Shown one piece after another: positions 1-9,486 of a DNA stretch of 64,000 nt. Numbering within the stretch: position 1 is the stretch's first letter; each line of letters starts with the position of its first letter. This DNA is from Macrostomum lignano (lineage: Eukaryota). The stretch is from contig NIVC01001510.1 of assembly GCA_002269645.1 (NCBI GenBank), forward strand, positions 186,001-250,000, read 5' to 3'. Both the position numbers and the translations under genes were made by a program. The notes beneath the pieces were generated by a model, which worked only from the letters and a program-made list of their open reading frames with translations, made no database searches and had not been told where the DNA came from.

Positions 1-907
1 AAGGCGCGATTTTGGAGGTGAGGTGGGTGTCAACCCTCCTCGCCTCTCATTGGCTGGCGCCCCGATCACTAGGTGATCGATACCCGTATCGATATCGGCG
101 CTCGGCGCGCGCGCGCCGCAGGCGCGTGGCGCCAAGCGCCGTCCAGCCGCAGGCGACCCTCCCCAGCCACCGGCGACCCTCCCCAGCCGCAGGCGCACCT
201 ACCGATATGTATGCCCACCCTACCGATATGTACCCCGATATGTACACCCTCCCGAGCCGCAGGCGCACCCTCCCGAGCCGTAGGCGCCCATGCCGCAGAC
301 GCCCATGCCGCAGACGCCCATGCCGCAGGCACCCCGAGTGTACACTCTACCGAGCCGCAGGCACCCCGAGTGTACACTCTACCGAGCCGCAGGCACCCCG
401 AGTGTACACTCTACCGATATGTACACTCTACCACTCTCCCGATATGTAGTCAACGATATTAGGCTAGTGAAAACTACTTATAGTAGGTGAAATTGAGTAT
501 ATTTACATAAAAATGTAGATAAAACATATTGGTAGGTGAATAATGACGCATATTGCATATTAAAATGTACATATTGGAGCATATGAGCAGCAAAAACACA
601 CAATGTAGGTGTATGGGCAGAAATAGACAAAGCAGGTACTGTAGGCGCTACATAGGTGGAAATACACACAGCAGGTTTACAAAGTGTACTTTCGATACAT
701 ATCGGATTAATGTATAAAGCAGGTTTACAAGGCATGCATAAGGCGTAGTTGTATAATGCAGGTGCGCATGTATAATCAGATTATAGGCAAACGCCCAGGT
801 GCAACAGACGCGTAAATAATGTCACACCGACTAAAGAGTAAATATTGTCTAACCCGCAGGTGCATAAAAATTTTAACCAAAAGCGGTTCGGGGAAATCCC
901 AAAAGGG
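1..907 (+). repeat. Left terminal inverted repeat (truncated by window start)
   Basis: Reverse complement of 8562-9468; mirror ORF pairs translate identically (12..449/9020..9457, 478..735/8734..8991). Identity stops at 907/8562. Confidence 0.97.
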
Positions 908-1269
908 TGGTTCACGACCTAATGACCCGATATACTTTCAACACAATTAAACCCACAAGTGGGCTAGAAAAATGGACAACGTATTTCGATTGCGCTATCA
1001 GTACGCTAATCAGCGCAGCAAGTTCATGTCAGGAGTTCTACTCCAAGAGGCGGACCGCTGGGCCACAAACCGCCCCGAGGGAATAGGTGTCAAATGGGAG
1101 TTTTAACACTTGAGGGGATCCCGCTCAATGTACAGTGGAGGCGCCAAATGAGTAAGGACCCCTAAGTACAGTGCGGGCGTAAAACCATTTTCATCCCCAC
1201 GAGTCAAGGGATCCCAAGTGGGCACATAGGGGAATCCCAGGCGTGCAAAGACAGATCCTTATCTTTCAC

Positions 1270-4200
1270 TCACTCCCGAAAGCCATACGGGCGGCTAGCA
1301 GCCCCATACACCCTCTTAGTCATTACGCGCTGGAAAGTCTTGTCCATCTCGAGGGTCCGGATTGTACAGCTAGCCTTATCGCGCCTGAACTGGGCCTGGG
1401 GCAGGCGGACAGAGCCCCCGTGGCGCAGAATTTCCTGCAGCTCGTCCTCGCGCTCGGAAATCTCGGGCGTGACTCTGATGCCCTTGCACTTGAGCACCGA
1501 GTACAGCGACCTGTCGGGCTTCTCCACCACGTACCGGTAGAGCTTGGGGCCTCCCGTGGTGAACTGTACCATGCGGCAGCCAGCAGGTACCTCGTCAGTC
1601 CACTGCCCCAAACTCGAACCGCCCGGAGGCTCGTACTCGCCCGGGGAGCAGCGGTATACGACCCTGGGAGGAGGAGGAGAAGGATAAAGTGTTAAGGGGA
1701 GAAAGAGAGACAGAGACAGTTGAAAAAATTACTTACGAATCGGTATCGGCGTAAATGACGCGGGTTCCTAGACCCTCCAGAGCCTCGTAGAGTCGCAGCC
1801 GGGCGTGGGAGGTGGTGAAAACGCCAATAGGTACATTGGCGTACTTGAACGCCCGCTCGCCAGCACCGCCAAATCGGGGCTTGTACTCGAGCATCATGAA
1901 GCTCTCCCCAATTGGCTCGCACGACTTGACCTTGATCGAGGGGTCTGTCAGGCGCTGCAGCCACGCCTCGTAGCTGTCCACAATCTCTGTGGAGGTCAGG
2001 TCGTCGCGCTGGCAGAACTTGCCCCAGAGCCTGCAGAGGAAAAATAAATTTTATGTAAGTAGAAAAACATGGCCCCCACTGCAAGTAGAAAAACTTACGA
2101 GTTTAGAAAAATCTTGGCAACAAAGCGCAGGCCAGGATTCTCCTCCACCTTTTCCAGCCGGACGCCTTCGCGCTCGAAAAAGCTGGCCATGTAGGCAGCC
2201 TTGGCGTCCTCAGCCATCCCCGGCGAACCGCTAGACTCGGCTTTGAGCTTCAAAAAGTGTTTACATAATCTGCAAACAGGCCCGTGCGAGTCTCGGTCCA
2301 ATAGGCCAGGGCATGAACTGACTGCAGCTTGTAACCCAACTGCAGGGCTTTGTGGAGCTCTGGGGTCGACCACGTGCCGCGGAGCATTCTCTCAGCGTCA
2401 GTGTGTGTACACTCGCTGCTGCACTGGGTCTCCATGCAGACGCGGCAGAGGCCGAAAACCAGCTTCTTGTTAATCTTGGCGGGCAGTAGCGGGATGTGGA
2501 GATTGGTTGGCGGCAGAATCGACACCTCGGCGATGCCAAAATACCGGGCCAGCTGCAGCTCATCCAGTAGATGAGGCTCGGGGTGGTGTACCGGGTGCCC
2601 GACAGGGTACTTGTCAAACTTGTTGACAGTCGGGTAGAGCGACACCTAGGGGATAAGGATAATAGAGAATTAGAGGATAAGATAAACTCAAACGCATGTC
2701 AACTGTGTGTACAAGTGTACAAACTTACCACATCCCGATAGCGCAGCTCTACAGTCTCGGTGGCCTCGGCATGCGGGACAAAAGCCTCGGTACGGCCGCC
2801 AAACAGGGCATCCTCCAGGCGAATAGGCTGCTGGACTGGCGCTCCCTCGTCCTGATAGTCGTGCTCCCACAGAACACGCACATTGTATGCAGTGGAGAGC
2901 AACCGGGTGAAGCGCTCAGTCTCCTCATAAATCGCCCGCATTGGCTGGTTCTTGAGCGGGTGCAGCACGTCGCCGTTGGGGAAGCACTTGGGACAGCCAT
3001 GGAAGAAGCAGCCATGAAACTGCAGCACTGTCCTGGTCTCTGGGTCGAAGCCGTCGACCTTACGGCCCATGGCGAAAGCCTCGCCGCCCGAGTCCGCTGT
3101 CCGCAACCGGCCGCCAAACTCGGTTGCATTTAAATGTGCCAGCCAGCACCGCGCCTTGTGCGACTGTACATCGGACCGGCGGGAAATCACCCCAAGAGTG
3201 TTGGGCTCCATAAACTTGGTGGTGAAAACAGCCATAGCCAAGCCCGCAATGGTGTTGGATTGACAAATGCGTCCAGTCCGCAAATGTCCTTAATCAGGCG
3301 GGTATATTTCAGACAGCCTTCCCGCAAAATTAACGTGTCCTGCAGGCAGTAGTCCAGGTACTCCTTATTGAAATTAAACACCTGTCCCTCCTGCTTGGCC
3401 CGCCAGTCGGCGATGGAGTCATGCTGCTTGTTTTTCTTTCCTCCGTACATATCAATTGAGCAGTAGGGACCGACGTACCCCCAGTTTTCCGGCTGGTTAA
3501 ACACGTGCGGGAAATCTCCTTTGGTCAGTTGGGTGCCCAAACCAAGCGCCTTTGGGAATTGCGCCAGACCAATAGGGATGAAATTGAGGCTGTCCTTGAA
3601 GGTGATCTTGTCGCACTTCATGTACATTAGGCGGCTGTTCTGGAAGATCACTTGCGGCTTCTTCTTGGCCAGTCCGTTGAGTAGGGCGCCGAGCAGGAGG
3701 AATGCGTCATACGCAGAGCCATTGTGCGCAATAGCAATTGCCCCCTGCTTGAACACACTAGTCAGCCAGCAGTAAAATGCATCGATAGAGTGCGGCCCGA
3801 CAGATACAAACTCTCGCATCCCACAGGCACAGTCATTGTGCGAGACACAGCTCGTGAAATCGAGTGCCAAATCGCGTCCCGCAATGCAATTGGCTGAGCT
3901 GTGTAGTCCCCGCACACGCTGCAGCGGGGCCTGGGGAAGAGTTTGGGACACGCCTCGCAGGAGGTGGCAGCCGTAACCAAGTGTACCCGGTGCTGCTTGC
4001 CAGAGTCCACGTACGTCTCGAAATCATAGTAAACATACGGGGCGCTAGACTCTTTGGCTTTGGGCGGGGTGACAAAGCACTCGTGGGTGGCAGTTTCGTC
4101 GTACTGCTTGCAGACTGGGCACTTGGCATAACCACACTGATGCTCAGGGGGCTGGCCTACTTTTAGTTCTTCTAGATAGCCACACGTGCCGCAAACGTGG

Positions 4201-6338
4201 ACCGAATCACAGCGCGATCTGCCGGCCTTATTCTTGCGCTTGTGATTTTCTAGGCACTGAGCATTATAGCAATTTAGCCCGCAATCATGGCATCTTACAT
4301 ATGCGCGGTTTGCCTTACAGTTGGAGCCCGGAGTCTTGCATGTGCTGCAGGCATCAGCGCACTTGTGCTTCTCATTATTGCAGTCGTGGGCCATCTCGCA
4401 CTTGTCGCAGTAGTGGTGGCTGCCGAAAAACGCAGGCAGCTTGGTGACCACATTAAAGTGCTGCTCGACCAGGTGCAGGTGCAGAATCTCGGTGCCAGGC
4501 AGGTTGAAGATGCACCTGTTGGCCTCCTCTGCCCGGTACACGCGTACACCAAAATCGCGCCCCGGATGCAGCCGGTTCAGGGCACGGATCGCTTCAGGCA
4601 GTGCATCCACGCCGAAAGGACCAGCCTGCGAGACGGTTTGAAGAGTCTGTGGAGGGTAAAATATTTCTTTTAGTATTCCCTGATACTGTGTAAAAAATCT
4701 TATCAGAAAATTTTAGTATTCCCCGATACTGTGTAAAAATCTTATCAGAAAATATATCTTTTAGTATTCCACGATACTGTGTAAAAATTCTTATCAGAAA
4801 ATTTTAGTATTCCATGATACTGTGTAAAAATTCTTATCAGTACACAACTTACCGTGTAGAGGCCAGCTTCGATTTGTAGCTCAGCCACCAGCTTAGTCTG
4901 CGTGGGCGAATTGACCTTGATTGTGTGCCACACCCGCTTGGTGATGGACTTGGCCACGAATTGCAGGTAGGCGCAGGCCACGACCAGAGCGCGCAGCAGG
5001 CATCTCTTGTCCGAGTTGGTGATGCGGACATAGTGCCTGGAGAAGGCATGCCGCTCTTCTAGATGCTTGTTCTCGAGAGCACATCCACCTCGAGGCACCC
5101 AGGCCTTTAGCAACCGGATAGAAAAGTTGCCCGTCAGGACAGTGGCATCCGACTGTACAATCTTGTTGATGTGCTTAAACAACAATTCAGCCGTCATGCG
5201 GGATGCACGCACCGGGGGAGTGTGGGCCGCTTTGAGCATATTGTCGCTCTCGAATTTCGCGGCCATAAAGTCATCACCAGCCAAATCTTGCTTGAAAACT
5301 TCGAGCATGTCAGCAAACACCTCCCGCAAATCTTCGGTGTTGGTAATATGCACCACATACTCGACACCCTTTGCCCTAAACTTGGGCAGGTCACGCTGAT
5401 TATCCAGCCGGGCCGTAAAACCTGCATGGGGGGAATGGGGGAGTGTGAGTCAGCCCGGGTCTGTGTGGGAAATGGGGGGCGGATAACTCACCCGGTCCGG
5501 TAACAGATTCCGGCTGTGTTGGCGGGACAAACGCGTCTGAAAAAACACAAGGAGATAAAAAACCAGAAGAATCTGTCATTTTCCTGGCCCCAGCGTGTTT
5601 CCCCGCCCTAGCCCCAGCAATTTCTTAACAGAGTTTACTCTGCTGTCCCCGCAGCAACTCTCTGCAATTTCTTATCTGCACCCCCGCTGCAGCCTGTCGC
5701 AGCAGTCTTTGTTTACTCACCCCTGCAACTCTCTGTCGCAGCAATTTGCACCCCAGCTGCAGCCTGTCTGGGTAGCGCCCTATCTGCAGCCCCAGTCTGT
5801 CCCAGCAACTCTCTGCCCCCACCTGGCTGTAACTTGTCTAGCCTGCCCCAACGATTCTGCAGCAATTTCTTATCTGCCGCAGCACCCTAGCAACTGTCTG
5901 TTTTTGCAGCAATTTCTTATCAGCACACCCCTCCCTGTCTAGACAACACCCCACCCCAGTCTTTGTTTACTCACCCCTGCAACTCTCTGTCGCAGCAATT
6001 TGCACCCCAGCTGCAGCCTGTCTGGACAACACCCCCTAGCAGCAATTTCTTATCAGCACACACCGGCTGAAACTTGTCTAGCCCTCCCCTGCAACTCTCT
6101 GTTACAGACCCTGCCGCAGCACCCCACCCTAGCAACTCCAGTCTAGACCCCTGCAGCTGTCGCAGCAGTCTTTGTTGTTTACTCTGCGGTCCCACAGACC
6201 CTGCAGCTGCTGCTGCTGCTCAGCCCCTACCCCCACCCTAGCAACTACAGTCTAGACAGAAATTAATTAAAACTTACCATAAAGACGTTGCCTCTTGTCA
6301 GCCAGGAAAGCAGTTGCTGCGGCGCTGCGTTTAGCCAT
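1270..6338 (-). CDS. polB: Protein-primed DNA polymerase B (Polinton type), 7 exons, ~1276 aa after restoring three 1-bp homopolymer deletions
   Basis: Exons 6338-6278, 5536-5492, 5421-4853, 4646-2729, 2645-2099, 2030-1737, 1663-1270; all introns are GT-AG with matching phases. Motifs: DKRCLLRAL...HFNVV (OTU-like), Cys-rich region, Exo YDFET / HNGSAYD / YCLQD, VDGF..QFHGCFFHGC insert, RDV|VSLYP (A), KIFLNS|LWGKF (B), YADTDS|V (C), terminal KRVY..SRPYGF. Frameshifts at ~3910, ~3266, ~2254. Confidence 0.93.
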
Positions 6339-6579
6339 TTTGCAAACAGAGAGCGTGAGAGAGCGAGCGGAGAGAGAAGGATTATCTCTCTACCCTGGCT
6401 CTGGGGGTCTGTATATATACTAAAAAATCTGCTCAGCTCGCCTGTTATTGGATAAATCGCCAAAAACCAACCAAAATCATCAAAAATCACCCCAAAATCA
6501 TCACCCACCCCACCCTCCATCCGGGGTATATAAGGCGCTGCACGGCTGTCAGAGAGCTCTCTGCTGCTGCTGCTAAATC
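6339..6579. promoter_or_regulatory. Divergent Pol II promoter region for polB (-) and the PC4-like gene (+)
   Basis: TATATATA at 6412-6419 upstream of the polB ATG (6338); TATATAA at 6527-6533 upstream of ATG 6580. Confidence 0.6.
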
Positions 6580-7113
6580 ATGTCTTCTATCTCTCTATAC
6601 GAAAACTTTGTGGCGCGGAAGCCCACATTTGAAACTGAACACAACTTGATTGAAATTCGGCGTCTCTACACCAACGAGGCCGGAGTGTGGAAGGACGGCT
6701 TCCCTGCAATCTACTTGGCCGAGCCAGAGTGGAAGAAGCTCGAAGCTGCGCGCCCTGACCTGGAGGCTGCTGCCCGCCTTCACGTGAACAAGCGGGTCCT
6801 GTTGGGCAATTTCAAGGCAGTTGAAGCTTCGCGAGGGAGGATCCGTTTGCTGCGCAATTGGCTCAATCAGGACCCAAAGTTTAATTGGCGCTACACGATC
6901 GAATTCACGCCTGAACTGTGGCGCCGGATGTTTGCCGCCCGTTTGGACAAGCTCTTCAAGCCGGCACCTGAGGCACCCCCTCCAGCCAAGCGAGTCAAGA
7001 CAGACACGCCTCCGGTAGCCGGGACTGAGGTGGATGTTCTTCAGCTCATGGGTCTCAAACCCTACCAATCTCCACCCTGGGAAAATCTGTTTAACGAGGG
7101 TTGGGACTGCTAG
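6580..7113 (+). CDS. Tandem PC4-like ssDNA-binding protein, 177 aa
   Basis: LIEIRRLYTNEAGVWKDGFPAIYLAEPEWKKL aligns without gaps to PC4 [32 protein letters not shown]. A second degenerate repeat follows (IRLLRNW...IEFTPELW), then NLS-like PPPAKRVK; TATA box upstream. Confidence 0.75.
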   Translation: MSSISLYENFVARKPTFETEHNLIEIRRLYTNEAGVWKDGFPAIYLAEPEWKKLEAARPDLEAAARLHVNKRVLLGNFKAVEASRGRIRLLRNWLNQDPKFNWRYTIEFTPELWRRMFAARLDKLFKPAPEAPPPAKRVKTDTPPVAGTEVDVLQLMGLKPYQSPPWENLFNEGWDC

Positions 7114-7149
7114 TTTCCTATTGGTTCGCACCGCCTCACTCGATCCGTC

Positions 7150-7156
7150 TATATAA
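7150..7156 (+). promoter_or_regulatory. TATA box of the orphan gene
   Basis: TATATAA lying 73 nt upstream of ATG 7229. Confidence 0.5.
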
Positions 7157-7228
7157 TTAGTGTTTCCCCCTCTCCAGAGAGTCAAACCCTATCTCAGCTC
7201 TAATACTTTACTCTCTGTTGATTCTAGC

Positions 7229-8243
7229 ATGTCCCGCCGAGCTCTATCCAACCTCTGGGATAATAATCGCCCGACTGAAGAGTTAACCAGCCTCGACGGG
7301 GATATCCCTGAACACATAGTTCCCCTAGGCACTGAAAACAACGGAACTGATAATTGGGAGGCTGATCAATATCTAGCTTGGGCTATGTCCTATGATAGCG
7401 ACACCGAGTCTGAAGTTTTTGACCTCCCGCTGCTGGCTATCGGCGGGGTTGTGAACGGTGCCCCTGCTGCTACTGCCTCCGATTTGACTACCGCCTCAGC
7501 CGCCCTCTTTGACGTCTCTGTTGAGGAGCTGACCACAACCGGCCCTGCCTCTGCTGCGCCCGTCTCTGCTGCTGCCGCCTCTACTACGCCCGTCTCTGCT
7601 GCTGCTTCAACTACCTCCCACCGGGCCTCAATATCATCAGCCGCTACGCTCCTTCTCTTCGACGACGAGGACGAGGATATGTCTGAGGAGATCGCCGTGG
7701 TTCGTGAGCGCTTTCCTCGCATTGTGGCCTCATTTTTCCGCGGGGACATTGACTGGCTGAGGTCTCGGCATCCTGGCGGGCTGCCCTCCCAAGCTACCTT
7801 TGTCAGAGCCTTTAATCGGGTTCTTGATACTTTGGTTGCGAGGGGTGCCGGCCTACGGGAGGTGCTGGAGGCTGAGACTCTGCACCAGGACTGGTTGATG
7901 GGGCGCAATTCGTATGCCCCCGACTCGGAGGCGTACCTGGCCGGTCCGGGAGCACGGCCAACTGCGTGGGATGAGCCCGCCGCATGGCCCTCCAACTGGG
8001 AGGAGCACCTTTCGTTGGTGCGCTATACAGCGTCTCTACGTCTGTGGCGGCTGGAGGACGATTTAGATTTGGTAAGATATTACATTATATACACAACTCA
8101 TCTAATCATATACCTTGCATATATTCTATCTACATTGACTGTTATAATTTCCACATTGCCAGTCATCCGACTACTGCTTCGAGAGCGTGGAGGAAGAGGC
8201 CGCGTACGAGACAGCCCTGAGGGAGCGTATGGAGATTGACTGA
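7229..8243 (+). CDS. Acidic orphan protein, 2 exons (7229-8071, 8163-8243), ~307 aa
   Basis: Long ORF from MSRRALSNLW. A phase-0 intron 8072-8162 (TTG|GTAAGA...TTGCCAG|TCA) removes an AT-rich stretch and gives the C-terminus SSDYCFESVEEEAAYETALRERMEID. No family recognised. Confidence 0.7.
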
Positions 8244-8561
8244 TAAGGGTATTTCTCTTTGTACGCGGTTTGGGGAACCCAACACTGTACACTGGGTAGG
8301 TTAGAATGGGCGCTAGCTGGGGGCCTCTATGTGTGTATACACGGGGGTTAAAAGACCAATTCTGATAGCTCGCTCCTAGGGAGGAAATTGGCAGAGGGGC
8401 CGGCCCAAAAAACTGAAATGGGCTGGCCCCGGGCTCGAGTCCACCCACCTAAAATATGGAGGGTCATTACAACCTAATGACTCGAAATACTTTCAACGCA
8501 ATTGTACCTATAAGAGGGTTAGGGCGGCGGCGGCGGTGGCGAAAACGGGCGGCTAAAACCT

Positions 8562-9486
8562 CCCTTTTGGGATTTCCCCGAACCGCTTTTGGTTAAAATT
8601 TTTATGCACCTGCGGGTTAGACAATATTTACTCTTTAGTCGGTGTGACATTATTTACGCGTCTGTTGCACCTGGGCGTTTGCCTATAATCTGATTATACA
8701 TGCGCACCTGCATTATACAACTACGCCTTATGCATGCCTTGTAAACCTGCTTTATACATTAATCCGATATGTATCGAAAGTACACTTTGTAAACCTGCTG
8801 TGTGTATTTCCACCTATGTAGCGCCTACAGTACCTGCTTTGTCTATTTCTGCCCATACACCTACATTGTGTGTTTTTGCTGCTCATATGCTCCAATATGT
8901 ACATTTTAATATGCAATATGCGTCATTATTCACCTACCAATATGTTTTATCTACATTTTTATGTAAATATACTCAATTTCACCTACTATAAGTAGTTTTC
9001 ACTAGCCTAATATCGTTGACTACATATCGGGAGAGTGGTAGAGTGTACATATCGGTAGAGTGTACACTCGGGGTGCCTGCGGCTCGGTAGAGTGTACACT
9101 CGGGGTGCCTGCGGCTCGGTAGAGTGTACACTCGGGGTGCCTGCGGCATGGGCGTCTGCGGCATGGGCGTCTGCGGCATGGGCGCCTACGGCTCGGGAGG
9201 GTGCGCCTGCGGCTCGGGAGGGTGTACATATCGGGGTACATATCGGTAGGGTGGGCATACATATCGGTAGGTGCGCCTGCGGCTGGGGAGGGTCGCCGGT
9301 GGCTGGGGAGGGTCGCCTGCGGCTGGACGGCGCTTGGCGCCACGCGCCTGCGGCGCGCGCGCGCCGAGCGCCGATATCGATACGGGTATCGATCACCTAG
9401 TGATCGGGGCGCCAGCCAATGAGAGGCGAGGAGGGTTGACACCCACCTCACCTCCAAAATCGCGCCTTACGGAATCCCTTAGTAGT
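8562..9486 (-). repeat. Right terminal inverted repeat
   Basis: 8562-9468 mirrors 907-1. The 9469-9486 extension (ACGGAATCCCTTAGTAGT) has no partner inside the window and is inferred. Confidence 0.93.

Larger units (their letters stand above)
1..9486. mobile_element. Polinton/Maverick-like pPolB linear element, minimal (no integrase, ATPase, capsid or protease seen); left end lies outside the window
   Basis: Long TIRs (position i pairs with 9469-i) enclose pPolB, a PC4-like gene and an orphan gene. The right end at 9486 is inferred from an abrupt switch after AGTAGT to an unrelated 21-bp minisatellite. Confidence 0.9.

Noticed and set aside
12-735. Overlapping ORFs inside the TIRs (and mirrors at 8734-9457)
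   Set aside because: They arise from GC-rich short repeats open in several frames; no motifs or promoter context.
1243-5503. Plus-strand and alternative-frame ORFs over polB
   Set aside because: Antisense or shifted shadows of a GC-rich coding gene.
7160-8239. 359-aa ORF as given in the track
   Set aside because: It starts at GTG three bases after the TATA box and reads through an AT-rich intron; the spliced model 7229-8243 fits better.
1270-8243. Integrase, packaging ATPase, capsid or adenain genes in the element
   Set aside because: No DDE, Walker A/B, jelly-roll-like or adenain-like sequence seen, and little unassigned space remains. Very divergent small genes cannot be fully excluded by eye.
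1-9468. TIRs as a fold-back (hairpin-read) assembly artefact
   Set aside because: The arms are separated by 7.6 kb of unique, coherent, Polinton-type sequence and stop sharply at 907/8562, unlike chimeric read inversions. Raw reads should still be checked.
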